NCBI RefSeq assembly: GCF_009914755.1
Contig: NC_060941.1
Length of the DNA stretch: 64,000 bases
Reading direction: 5' to 3' (one strand)
DNA from: the human T2T-CHM13v2.0 reference genome, Homo sapiens
The translations under genes were made by a program, and so were the position numbers. Below, one piece after another: positions 29,348-45,532 of the stretch. The notes under the pieces are model-generated. The model saw only the letters and a program-made list of their open reading frames with translations, was not told where the DNA came from and made no database searches. Positions within the stretch are counted from its first letter, which is position 1. The number at the start of each line of letters is the position of its first letter.

Positions 29348-29497
29348 GTGGAATGCACCACACGTCAGCTCAAGTTATACTCAGAGAAGCAGAGGAACTG
29401 GGAGGACTGCACTACGAGTTGGGGCTGACCCAGAGGAAGTCGGGGGTGAGTTGGGGCAAGGCCACAGCAGGGCCATTTGGCCTGGGCTTCAAGGGAC

Positions 29498-29990
<493 letters not shown>

Positions 29991-30101
29991 TTATGCAAAC
30001 CATAGAAAAATGTTTGGCAACCATCGCAAGATACCTGACAATGTGAAATAGTTTTATTACAACTGGCCTGACCTTCAAAGGCCTTCACAGCTCCTGCCTT
30101 C

Positions 30102-30611
30102 ATGTTACCGTCTACTATGTTCCTCGTGCACCTTCCACTCAGCACAAACAGGCTGCACTGCCTCCGAAACACATCACTGGAACCCTGCCTCTGCTCCTTT
30201 GTCCATCTGAATCACCCTCTCCACATTTCTGACCCTGTAATCCTGATCTCACTTCATGAGGCAGTTCGCTTCTCTTTTGCATTTAGCTTTCCCCGGGGTA
30301 CACTGTCAATAGCCTACTGTCTGATGTCATCAGTCAGCACTTCATCAGAGGCAATTATGTCCACAGAGCTTTTGGCTAATTACTGTCACTCCTCTTTACA
30401 TGTGTGCATATGCATATCATCTTTCCCTAATGAGACTGGAAATCATGATTCATTCCCTGGAGCAGTGGTTTCCATAAGTGACCAACCCACAGACCAGTGC
30501 AAACTGGCTGCAAAAGAGCTTCCTCTGAGGAACTTATTAGAATGCAGATTCTTTGACTGCATGGGAGAGGAGGATCTCATAAATCTGGGTGTAATAGGCA
30601 CAGAACGTTAG
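30102..30611 (+). CDS. FAM106B: FAM106-family intronless 169-aa ORF (coding status doubtful)
   Basis: [27 protein letters not shown]...LGVIGTER matches recalled FAM106A protein and length; no recognisable domain. Confidence 0.75.
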   Translation: MLPSTMFLVHLPLSTNRLHCLRNTSLEPCLCSFVHLNHPLHISDPVILISLHEAVRFSFAFSFPRGTLSIAYCLMSSVSTSSEAIMSTELLANYCHSSLHVCICISSFPNETGNHDSFPGAVVSISDQPTDQCKLAAKELPLRNLLECRFFDCMGEEDLINLGVIGTER

Positions 30612-31642
30612 GTGTAATATGGGCGGGACTCTGGACTCAGCATATCCAACAAGCTGCTGGCTGATTCCGACGATGCCGATGAATTGCCAGGTTGGGAACT
30701 GCTGCCCCCAGAGAACCTAGCAGAGAGCTCTGTACGTGGTAGGTGCTCACTCCCCTATTGTTTGGGTGTATGCCTCCTGATAATGAACTTGATCGTAACA
30801 TTATTGTTGCATTATGCCTGTATTGTTTCCTTAGGTGAAGGAAGAATGCTTTTGAGTACCTAATAGGTGGCAAGCTCTGTGCCTACTTACATACATGAAC
30901 TATTCCTTTTAATAACCTTTGGAAATAAAGTGGCATTTCCATTGGGCATTAGAAATCTGAAGACTTTCGTTTACAGCTGTTGCAACAGCAGAACTAGAAT
31001 TCGACCTCCGACATTTCTGCTCACCAGAGGGCATGAACTGCTGGTTTGTACCTGGCTTGCAGATACCTTCTTTGGGCAGCACAATGTTCAAAATTAAAAA
31101 AACTACCAACACTTCTAAACTGGATACTTTGTATCAATATCTGGGTTTCTGGCTTCTCTTCATGGGAAACAAACAAAAAAAAAAAAAGGTTTGGTGAACA
31201 CTGGGGCCCACATTCCTGCAGGGCAACAGTCACATGGAGACTTTAGATGGGCACGTGCCCAGAACACACTAGAGTCCCCATCGCTCCCCATTCTCTTACA
31301 TTCTGTTCCCAACTAGGTTCTTATAGGCCTGGGTTTGTGCCTGTTGCACACTTATCTACTCTCTTGCTTCCCACTGGTCAGGAAGTCTGACAAACTTAAA
31401 AGGCCTCTTTTTGTTGCTCTCTCCTGTATGGATCTCTCATCATAGAGGTGTGTGCATTTCTGACTTTGTGATTTCAATACTAAGGAAGCTGTCGGCACAT
31501 TATCAAGGAAAACGGGGATCGCTGCTCCCCAACGTACACATTCTGGTGTGCCCCAGTAAAATTCTATATTCAGCCTCCAAACTAGCTGGGAAAAATGTGG
31601 CAAATCATCTACTTGCTCCAATTCAATAGTGTTTAGAAGTAA

Positions 31643-32785
<1,143 letters not shown>

Positions 32786-33442
32786 CATTTTATACATTTT
32801 TAATGTGTATTCTTGTTTTTGGAAAATGTGACCAGAGGACTATTAAACTCTTTTAGCATCAGTATAGCAAGGAGGTAAAAAAACAAACAACAAAACAAAC
32901 AAAAAAAACCCATTTTGTAAAATAGGATTGAGTATCGTTGGATTGAGCACTTACCAAGCAACTGTGCCAGGCATTTGCGTCCTTCATTTAATTCTTACAA
33001 GCCTGAGTGTTCGGTATTTTAATTTTATAGGTGAACAAATAGAAGCTGAGGGTGAAGGACCTACAGCTGTCACCTTCATCTCTTCTCAACACTGCCAACT
33101 GTCCCCTTGGATTTCCCAGACAGACAACAAGGGACATCTCTGGTTTCTCGGTGCCCCCTAGAAACCTCGGGTCATTTCAAGGCATTATGCAAATGAGAAG
33201 CTTTCCTTCTCTTCACCTCATCTCCTGATCTGCACAAAAGTGACTGTAGGACCCAGTGTAGGTACCGATGTAGGCACCAATCCTCAGTTTACCACCTGCT
33301 CTCTACTTGCTTCCCTGCCATAACTTTCTAAAAGGGATGTGAGCCATGTTTAAAGTCACCTGGTCACTGGAGGGATCTTGTTCTACCCCCTGTAGTAGTA
33401 CCTCTGTAGGGTAGTACCCACTGTAGGGATCTTGTTCTACAT

Positions 33443-33802
33443 CAGTGGTTGCCAACCTTTTTGGCACCAGGGACTGGTGTTGTGGAAGACAATTTTCCAC
33501 GGACTGGGGGGCTGGGGGGAATGGTTTCAGGATAAAACTGTTCCACCTCAAATCATCAGGCATTAGATTCTCATAAGGAGGGCACAACCTAGATTGCTAG
33601 CATGCGCAGTTCACAATAGGGTTCGTTCTCCTGCGAGAATGGCATGCCGCTGCTGATCTAACAGGAGGCAGAGCTCAGGCGGTAATGGGAGCAAGGGGGA
33701 GCGGCTATAAATACAGCTCACCACTCACCTGCTGCTGTGCAGCCCGGTTCCTAACAGGCCATGGACGGTGCTGGTCTGTAGCCCAGGAGTTGGGGAATCC
33801 TG
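33443..33802 (-). mobile_element. MER1B (hAT) complete copy
   Basis: cagtggttgccaacc...ttggggaatcctg termini; 8-bp TSD-like ttctacat/ctctacag. Confidence 0.85.
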
Positions 33803-34108
33803 CTCTACAGAGTTTCCAACCTCAGAGATGAAGCATCCCCTCTGTAAGTCAGAAAGAAATTATTCAAGTAGGAGAATTAAAACAGGATCACAGAGAGGGA
33901 GGCTGAAGGATTTGACATTCTGTGTTTACTTGTATGAGGAAAAACAGCACATAGAGGCATCCACAGTATTTAATTTGTTTGGATAACAGTTACAGATAAA
34001 CAGGTACACCCCATATACAATTACCAATACTTTTTATACAGTTCATATTTCAGTACATCAACACTATTTTATTTACACTCTATTTATATACATTAACATC
34101 TTTTTAAA
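33470..34108 (-). repeat. Left arm of a 639-bp inverted repeat (inverted copy of the USP32P polyA region and flank)
   Basis: Reverse complement of 45533-46171, 5 mismatches by direct comparison; identical ORFs at 33768..33986(+) and 45655..45873(-). Confidence 0.98.
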
Positions 34109-34694
34109 TTGGAATTATTGTCCATATGTTTTATATTTTTTATTCCAGTGATTTCCCTTTTAGGAATTTATCTGAGGGGAGAATACTCTGTAATTACTCC
34201 ATAATTTGCAGGCAAATATCATCATAGCATTTTTTAGGAGAGTAAAAAGTTATTAACAACTTATATTTGTCTCACATTAGAGGAGTGGTTAAATAAAGCA
34301 TGGTGTATTCATTGGATAAACTATAATGCAGTTGTTGAAAATGATTACCAGGAGTTTTTGCTAACATTTATGGGAACATGCTTATGATATGTGAACATTT
34401 TTTTAAAAACAAGACATAAAGTTGCATATACTGGAAATAATACCTTCAATATTGAAAAAAATACTATTTAGGAAAAAGGACAGAAGAAAATCTGCCAAAA
34501 TGTTGACAGTGGTTGCCTTTGTATTAAGAATATAAAAGGATTCCCTGCCTTTTTACATTTTTCTCTGCTTTCCAAAATTTCCACATGAATATTATACCTA
34601 GTAATCAGAAAAAAATACAGGGACACTCACTCTTATCCTTTACATTTCTCTCCTGTTTGGACCTCAGATTCCTCAGTAGAAAATTAAACTAGAT

Positions 34695-34934
<240 letters not shown>

Positions 34935-36831
34935 CTAGACAAATTCTTAGGCCTCTTTTTTTTTTTTTAATAGTCTTATATGAAGACTATTACTTCATTT
35001 CCTGTGTTTTGTGTTAAGATGAGCTTTAAAGCAACTCTGAAAAAGAAGAGGGTGCGTATAAGTAATTCATAGACTGTTTAAACAATAGTAGAGGATCTAA
35101 GCATAGATCCCAAGAGGTAAAGGGAATCTTTATCACTTTGGGAACTTTTACTGATAAATAGAAATTACTGTCAGTACAGTCCACAAATATGTTGTTTATC
35201 AGCCATCTTTCCTCCCTGTCTTCCTCTAGCACTGTAGCCTGTGTTCCACAGAAAATATAGTCAATAAAATTCAACATTCTTTACTAGCTTACTCTAATTT
35301 GTGGTTGGCCGTAAAGTATTCCTGGTAGAGATAATAGAGATAATATTTAACTGGCCATGAGAAAGGAAACACTATCGTATATGATACACCCCTTTTTCTA
35401 CTCATTCCAACAACGATGATACAGCACGTTTCCTTTTGAAGCACATGTTTTTTCCTTGAGTGACCAGTTCAAAAGATGATGACAGTTAATATCTTGTTAC
35501 TACAGAATTTGTACTCAAAAAAGAAGTCTATAACCCAAGTCCAAGCCAGATTTCCTTTTCTAAAAAAAGAATTTTCCTCTAAGTTCCCCTTTTTAAATGA
35601 GCTCTTTAGCCTGGGTAATTATGCAGTGCTAGAACCGTAACTGCATGATCAAACCCAACCTTGCTTGTTTATAACAGCATTTGACAGCCTCGTGACTCTC
35701 ACATAGGGAAAAAGTCTCGCCTGAAAACCCATGCTAAGCTGCGTGTCTTGAGCTGTGCCAATTTGTATTCCAGGCAGCCTAAGGTTCCCATCGTGAGTTT
35801 CAGGAAGGGAAATTCATGGAGGAAGTTCACCTCTGGAAGGGTGAGGAGCAATAAATAGGGTGGGTGATGGACATATGTGACGTTTGCCACAGAGAGGCCG
35901 TCAGTATGGGCCTTGTGGTCCGGGCTCTGCTTTGGGACACAAATATAAACTGTGTGAAGTCTTATGGTAGCATTCATAACCCTGATGCTTCACCCACCTT
36001 CCCATACATTAGAGGGACAAACAGAAGGATCCCAGCTCTATGGTTCTTGATTGTTTGTCAGGTAGCAGCCAGGCATGGAGAGGGAAAAATTCTTTCTTTT
36101 CTGCTGCACTCTAGATCCTTCCTTCTCTCCTCCTTCTTCATTCTACACCACCCCCAACACATATCCCTGCACCCCGCCCATTCTTTGCTCTCTCTCCTTT
36201 CTTACACTTAACTCCTTCTTGCTCCACAGCCTAACATGCTGATTAACAGGACCCCAAAGGTTTGGGTGGGTATTAGGGGCCTTCTCAACAAAAGCAGCAC
36301 ACTCTTGAGCTTGTTCTTCCTTTTGTTGCCATCTCAGATAAAAAGGCCCCATGAGGGAGGAGACAGATAAGTATAGACTTGGTATTCTGATAACTCTGTG
36401 TTACATGGGATCAGATGTAAATGAGTTGTACCCTGTGGTGTTTCGTGCTCTGCTGTGTTGTCTTCTCATGGTGAGCTTTTCTGTGCCCTTATTTCATCCA
36501 GCTCTGGTTTCTGTGTTTCATGTTATTTCTCCTAGCCTCTGTAAACTCTGCAGCGTACTAATAATGCTCTGGCTTTCTGATTAAAGATAAATGGCTTACT
36601 ATCATCACCCCTGGTTTGAGGGCCAGCTCACATGTAATCCCTTATAGGATTCCAAAGTTGTTAAATAAATGCAGTTCTTTTTGTCATTTTGAAGCATTCA
36701 AAAATTTTTCAAGAAAAGCTATGATCATATAAATAGAAATTTTATCCAGAATGTTACAATGTAACATTTGTAAATAAATGTGTAGGTGCTGTATTTGCTC
36801 AGACTCTAGTTTGGGTTGTGTTTTCTTTTCC

Positions 36832-37115
36832 CTTTTTTTTTTTGAGACAGGGTCTCTCTCTGTCATCTGGGCTGCAGTGCAGTGGCGTAATCACAGCTCA
36901 CTGCAACCTCTACTCCCAGGCTCAAGCAATCCTCCTGAGTAGCTGGGACTAGAGACATGCGCCACAACGCCCAGCTCATTTTTAGGTTTTTCTTTCACAT
37001 AGACAGGGTCTCACTCTGTTGGCCAGGCTGGTTTCGAACTCCTGGACTCAAGCAATGCCCCCCACCTCAGCCTCCTAAAGTGCTGGGATTACAGGCCTGA
37101 GCCACCATACCCAGC
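36832..37115 (-). mobile_element. AluJ
   Basis: Antisense dimer. Confidence 0.9.
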
Positions 37116-37244
37116 CAGTTATATTTTCTTTTTCCTTATATAGAGTAAAATAAGGGTGAGTGACCGAGAGGTTGATGCATAGCTAGATCACCAGTTTAAA
37201 TGCCTTCCCACACACCCCTTTCCTCCTGTTCCCTCTACCTACAG

Positions 37245-37436
37245 GTTGTAGATGAGCATGAGAGTGTGGAGCAGAGTTGGCGAGTGCAAGTCGAGCCCAT
37301 CAACCTGGACAGCTGTCTCCGTGCTTTCACCAGTGAGGAAGAGCTAGGGGAAGATGAGATGTACTACTGTTCCAAGTGTAAGACCCACTGCTTAGCAACA
37401 AAGAAGCTGGATCTCTGGAGGCTTCCACCCTTCCTG
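37245..37436 (+). pseudogene. USP32P3: USP32P exon (VVDEHESVEQ...YYCSKCKTH...LPPFL)
   Basis: acag acceptor, gtatgt donor, USP zinc-ribbon CxxC. Confidence 0.93.
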
Positions 37437-37660
37437 GTATGTTACAGTCCTGCCTCTGAGAGAGCAGGAATCTAGCATAAAAGAAAGAAGACATGAACAA
37501 ACAGGAGGTTTTGTTATTTTTGAGAATAAGACTTTTCCTGCAGCAGTGTTTAAAACACTTTCTGTACAAGGTTTTTATGTTGAATACAGAGATGAATCTT
37601 TCTACAAATATTTGGTAGTTCCTTTTCCTAAAGAGCTTACAACCTAGAAGAAGAGCTCAA

Positions 37661-37915
37661 TCATGTAGACCAGTAACTGCAATTCAGTGTGATGTGAGAA
37701 CTGCCACAAGGGGTACAACGTGGTGAATTTGAACTTCAGGAGAGGGTGAACTTCTGGCTCTGTGGAGAGAGGAAGCTCAGGCTAGCCCTTTGTGGACTCT
37801 AGAAGAGCAACTGAGCCCGGAGCCCCCAACACCCACTGCACATAGTCATGTGGCTGTGGCACGCTGCTGAGTTGAGTGTGTGTGCACAAGCACGCCAGTG
37901 CACTAGGGCCTGTGT
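37661..37915 (+). repeat. Copy 1 of a ~255-bp intronic direct repeat
   Basis: Matches 39029-39276 (offset 1368). Confidence 0.95.
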
Positions 37916-38072
37916 GTTCTTTTAGATTCAATTTACTTCTGCCTTCTCCCTTCATGGATTAGGAGACTGTCCTTTTGTTTGTCAGGAGAGTTTGAAGTGA
38001 CAAATCTTCCTATTCATTAAGGTCAGTGTAACTGTAAGGTACTGGCCTATTTTAATCAGATATTTATATGTA

Positions 38073-38512
<440 letters not shown>

Positions 38513-38527
38513 TAGCTCCACAGATAG

Positions 38528-38895
<368 letters not shown>

Positions 38896-39028
38896 GAGGG
38901 GGAGACCTTTTAAAAAAATTGAGGTATAATTAACATACAATTAAAAGCATAGATTTTTAATATCCAGTTTGATGAATTTTAACAAGTATATATTTTCATA
39001 TAATCATCAAATAAAACAAGCAGAGCAG

Positions 39029-39276
39029 TCATGTAGCCCAGTAACTGCAATTCAGTGTGATGTGAGAACTGCCACAAGGGGTACAACGTGGTGAATTTGA
39101 ACTTCAGGAGAGGGTGAACTTCTGGCTCTGTGGAGAGTGGAAGCTCAGGCTAGCCCTTTGTGGACTCTAGAAGAGCAACTGAGCCTGGAGGCAATACCCA
39201 TTGCGCAGTCAGGTGGCTGTGCCACACTGCTGAGTTGAGTGTGTGCACAAGCACGCCAGTGCATTGGGGCCTGTGT
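39029..39276 (+). repeat. Copy 2 of the intronic direct repeat
   Basis: Matches 37661-37915. Confidence 0.95.
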
Positions 39277-39442
39277 AGAGGCCTTTAGGAAACCATATTT
39301 TTGAAGTATTTAAAAAATAATGAAGAGCAAATGTTCTGTTATATATTCCCAAACATTCACATGTATTTGACTTGTTTTTTCCATGTAAATTTTGTATCTT
39401 CAGAACGCTTTAATGCGATGTTTTCTACCTTTACTTCTCCAG

Positions 39443-39731
39443 ATTATTCACCTTAAGTGATTTCAATTTGTAAATGATCAGTGGATAAAATCACAGAAAA
39501 TTGTCAAATTTCCTCGGGAAAGTTTTGATCCGAGTGCTTTTTTGGTACCACGAGACCCAGCTCTCTGCCAGCATCAACCACTCACACCCCAGGGGGATGA
39601 GCTCTCCAAGCCCAGGATTCTGGCAAGAGAGGTGAAGAAAGTGGATGTGCAGAGTTTGGCTGGGGAAGAGGACATGCTCCTGAGCAAAAGCCCATCCTCA
39701 CTCAGCGCTAACATCAGCAGCAGCCCAAAAG
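39443..39731 (+). pseudogene. USP32P3: USP32P exon with nonsense codon (IIHLK*FQF...)
   Basis: The HLKRF arginine codon reads TGA at 39458-39460. Confidence 0.93.
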
Positions 39732-40079
39732 GTGAGGCCTGGGGGCCTTATGCAGTTGCTTTCTTGGGACTCCTGTAGGCTACATATGTTTCTGTCTTCT
39801 GTTCTGGAACATCAGGTTGGTTGGGTGGAAGGAACCTATCTGGAATCAGACCTATCTGTATTTGAGCTATGTAAGTTTTATCAAGAGATTCAGCCTCCCT
39901 GAATCTATTTTCTCATCTGTAAAATGGAGATAATGCCAGGTTTACAGAGTTGAGAGTTTGACACATGGAGAGTAAAGCACTTCACACAGTGCCTGATGTA
40001 TGGTAAACAGGAATGGTAGCTGCTGTCTTGTCCCCTTATAGTGAAAGTTCTGAGGTTCCGCATCTTTCAGGGGGTCTAG

Positions 40080-40439
<360 letters not shown>

Positions 40440-41167
40440 CAAAACTATTTTCATAAAAATACTAAGACAATATGTGCCTTTTCGCTTTTATTCTCTCACA
40501 GATGTACAATGGTGTAAGAGACGACATGGAATAATATCGTCACTTTGACAGTGAAGTCTGTGCTAATGTATTGTACTTTTTCATGCCTCAGTTTTAGTTT
40601 CTAATACAGGAAATATTGATAGATAAAATTCATATAAAAGTTCTAAAGGTTCTCAATAATTTTTAAAGGTATAAAAGGGGGTAGGGGTAAGAGGCTATAA
40701 CCAAAAAGTTTAAAGCCTTACAGGATTTTTGTGAGACATAGAGGTAACAGTGGACAGCAAGAAATTCCCAGTACCATGCCTAACAATAGGAAGTACTCAG
40801 TAAATGGTGGTCGCATTTTTTGTCTAATTTTACAAAGGAGAGGAATATGTATTTGGAAAACTCCTTACTCTTAATAATTAGATTTTTTTCAACTGAATCT
40901 GACATAAATCATCTTTCCGCTATTTTCTGAGTCCCTATAACCTACTTTACATTTTCAGGACATTGTTGCTTATAGGGACTCGGCATTGAAGAAGACAAAA
41001 ATGTAACTTACTGGCCACACAATAGGAACTAAAGGGTAGCCAGTCACGACTCCCCTGTCTTTACCTTTGTGTGTACATTTGTGAAGCTAACCTCAGAGTT
41101 AGCATTTGGGGCTGGCTTACTTTGTGGCATTTGGATTTGTGAATCTTTTCTTCTGTCCTGTTCACAG

Positions 41168-41593
41168 GTTCTCCTTCTTCATCAAGAAAAAGTGGAACCA
41201 GCTGTCCCTCCAGCAAAAACAGCAGCCCTAATAGCAGCCCACGGACTTTGGGGAGGAGCAAAGGGAGGCTCCGGCTGCCCCAGATTGGCAGCAAAAATAA
41301 ACTGTCAAGTAGTAAGAAGAACTTGGATGCCAGCAAAGAGAATGGGGCTGGGCAGATCTGTGAGCTGGCTGACGCCTTGAGCCGAGGGCATATGCGGTGG
41401 GGGCAGCCAACCAGAGCTGGTCACTCCTCAGGACCACGAGGTAGCTTTGGCCAATGGATTCCTTTATGAGCATGAAGCATATGGCAATGGCTACAGCAAT
41501 GGTCAGCTTGGAAACCACAGTGAAGAAGACAGCACTGATGACCAAAGAGAAGACACTCATATTAAGCCTATTTATAATCTATATGCAATTTCA
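41168..41593 (+). pseudogene. USP32P3: USP32P Ser-rich exon with +1 frameshift
   Basis: USP32 peptide is split between ORFs 41248.. and 41447.., which are in different frames. Confidence 0.92.
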
Positions 41594-41741
41594 GTAAGTG
41601 GTTTATTGTATGGTTTTCGGAGAGTGGTCTGTGTTTTGTTCACTTGTCTTCATGTATTCATCAGCAAGTATTTTTCAGGTCCTGCTTATTTCCTAGCATT
41701 GAGCTTAGTGATAGAGAAAGTTAACATAGAAATCTGGGCCT

Positions 41742-42030
41742 GCCCAGGTGTGGTGGCTCACACCTGTAATCCCAGCACTTTAGAAGGCTGAGGCAGAAGG
41801 ATCGCTTGAGCCCAGGAGTTTGAGACCAGCCTGGGCCCCATCTCTACAAATAATTTTAAAATGGAGCGAGGTATGGTGGCATTGCCTGTGGTCCCAGCTA
41901 CTTGGAAGGCTGAGGCAGAAGGATCACCTGAGCCCAGGAGGCCAAGTCTTTAGAGAGTTGTGATCACTCGACTGCACCCCAGCCTGGGTGATAGAGCAAG
42001 CCCCTGTCTCAAAATAATAATAATAATAGT
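41742..42030 (+). mobile_element. AluJ
   Basis: Diverged dimer. Confidence 0.88.
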
Positions 42031-42264
42031 AATTACATTATAAAATGATTGTTTATCCACACAAGACTTGGAGCTTATGACTTTTGTATTTTGCTTTTTG
42101 CTTATTTTGGTTTTAGAGAAAGTTAGAGGGTTCTAAAATATTTTCTCACCTACTGATCATTTACATGATCACTGTTCTCCTGCTCAGATCCTAGTGCTAT
42201 ACCCTGGCCATAGTACATAGTACAGTTAACAACTAACATACATCCACTCTCTTATCTCTTACAG

Positions 42265-42357
42265 TGCCATTCAGGAATTCTGAGTGGGGGCCGTTACGTC
42301 ACTTATGCGAAAAACCCAAACTGCAAGTGGTACTGCTACAATGGCAGCATCTGTGAG
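42265..42357 (+). pseudogene. USP32P3: USP32P His-box exon (CHSGILSGGRYVTYAKNPNCKWYCYNGSICE)
   Basis: acag/gtaaac boundaries; catalytic His reads Arg (42292-42294) and ND reads NG (42343-42345). Confidence 0.93.
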
Positions 42358-42567
42358 GTAAACATTCTCAATCTTTGAATGAAGGTTAGAAACAGAATAT
42401 CAACAGAACTGGGAAACATTTGTTGAAATAATAGACTATCTCTTGAATAGGAAATAGATATTTCTGTTAGAATCAATATATAGATGCTGTCAGTATTAAA
42501 GAAACAAAAGTGATATGCAGAGTAGGGAATGAAAACATGAGTAGTGAGGAAAAATAAAGAGTTAGTT

Positions 42568-43390
<823 letters not shown>

Positions 43391-43492
43391 TCAGGTTTAG
43401 TAATTACAGAGGGTTGGTCTTCCCTTTCCTGGCAAGGATTTAGAGCCATAATAGTGATGGCTTTTTGTTAAAGGTTTTTCTTGCCCTTTCAG

Positions 43493-43666
43493 GAACGTCA
43501 CCCTGATGAAATTGACACCGACTCTGCCTACATTCTTTTCTATGAGCAGCAGAGGATAGACTACGCACAATTTCTGCCAAAGATTGATGGCAAAAAGATG
43601 GCAGACACAAGCAGTATGGATGAAGACTTTGAGTCTGATTACAAAAAGTACTGTGTGTTACAGTAA
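43493..43666 (+). pseudogene. USP32P3: USP32P terminal coding exon (...SAYILFYEQQ...DYKKYCVLQ*)
   Basis: USP box AYILFY and USP32-type C-terminus. Confidence 0.93.
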
Positions 43667-45532
43667 AGCTACCACTCTGGCTGCTAGACAGCTTGGTTGG
43701 GAGGAAGATGACTCCTTGTAGCTGATACTTGGCAAAAGTATCACTGAGAGGCAAGCTAAATGTAGTTATTTTATCCTGTTAGAATACAAATTCTAATTAA
43801 AATAGTTAACTTTAAGAGTAGCAGTAATTTTATTTTGAAGTCTCATGCAAGTTGTCCGATAGAGAACTTTCAGGCAGATCCCACCATTAGCCTGTAAACA
43901 AAAGGTTTGGCACCAGCCACCTGGGACCAAATAAGAATTCAATTGTGCTTGTCCAGATATGAACAAATATGTAGTGAGTATAGAGTTTATCAATAATCAT
44001 AACAAATATTAAAGATTTCCTTGGAGTCAAAGTAAAAAACAAAAAATTGTAATGTTGTCTAGGGATGACATGATATGCTACCTCCTTTTTCCTGAAGTTT
44101 TATTCCATTCTGTTGACAAGATGGTGAAAGCAAGATCATGAAGGTGTGCAAATGATTCTTACGGCATGGGCGAGGATTTTTCAATTTATTTTTTAAAGTT
44201 TCCATACCCTTTCTTTGTCTTTCTTGCTTTTTGTTTTTGCCGTTGTGTTTAAGTTTGAGACACAACCAGTCATTGGTGGCAGGGGCATAGAGTGGTCAGT
44301 CTGAAAGGGAGGCTCTCTTAAGAGCTATGTGCCTTCTACCCAGAGGGAGACCCAGTAGAAAGAAAAACATCCTGGGAAATCCAGCTACCATGGCCCTCCC
44401 AGTGGAGGCATCTTACATTTAGGATACTTCAGGTATCCTCAGAAATGTATTCTGCACCCCCGGCCCCGCCCATGCTGAGGGAAGGGGAGCAGTTGCCAAT
44501 ATTTGCACCATCTTCACATGCACATGTTGCAACAAGAGCTTCTGGGAAGGTAAGCGGCATCGGAGCTAGATCATGTTTCACAATTAGTGGTGGTTCTTTT
44601 CCATGTTTATTTTGCACTTTAAAAAAGAGAGAACACATGCAAATGAACTTGCTTGTGTGTATTTGATGGCTCCAAGGGCTATGAATTACAAACAAAACAC
44701 ATCCCAGACATTAGGAGTTCATAAGTATATTTAATGAAATTGGTGGTTTTAGGAAGTCAACTTTAGTTTTGCTTTGTTTGCATGTCCACTAATTTTTTTA
44801 TTTTGATATTAGTCTTTTTAAAAAAATTTTACAGTAGTCATTGAAAGTTATGTTTCTTTGTTTACTTCATTTTTTCCTCTAATTATTCAAGACTGGGACA
44901 AAAGTATAAATATTATTTATTTCAGGTAGAATTTTTTTCATGTAGTTTTTTAATATATACTTGAAGGAAATGTTTCACCTTATTTTTGGTCTTTGTTTAT
45001 TCATTTAGACCCTGCAAGTTGATTCTCATTAATTGTCAGATTCCACTACACTTTCTTCCTCATAGGTAGTAATTACCAGTGTAACTAAGCATTTGTGTTC
45101 TGATATCTGAGGCCAGTAACTATTAATATCTAGTTCTCAGAGCATTTGGAAAGGTTATCTTAAATGGCTACCTAAATTGAAATCCTTTTCAGAAAAAATA
45201 TAATTGCAAATAGGTAGGAGTGGCCTAAATTATCTAATGTAATAAAGTCAGACAAAATGCATACTTTATAGTTTCAAGATTTTCAGTATATAAAATCTGT
45301 CCTTTCCTACCTGGACATGTCCCATTAAAAAGTGGAAGATCTTAAATAATTTCTTTACAGATGTTTTATTTAAGCAGGTAGCACAATCTACTAATGTTGT
45401 TTGATCTGTGTTTGTTATACTGGTTGTAATTAATTTTTTTAATTCATGAACTAGCGGAAAATTTATTAAATTAACTGTTAACCACATTCACCTTGTAAAT
45501 GACTGTATAAAACTTGTTGACAATGCACTGAC

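Noticed and set aside
33768-33986. Identical 72-aa ORF occurring twice as a duplicated small gene
   Set aside because: By-product of the inverted repeat; starts at GTG inside MER1B
37661-37915. Intronic repeat as a snoRNA/scaRNA
   Set aside because: I could not establish convincing C/D or H/ACA box architecture or recognise a family; an Rfam search is needed
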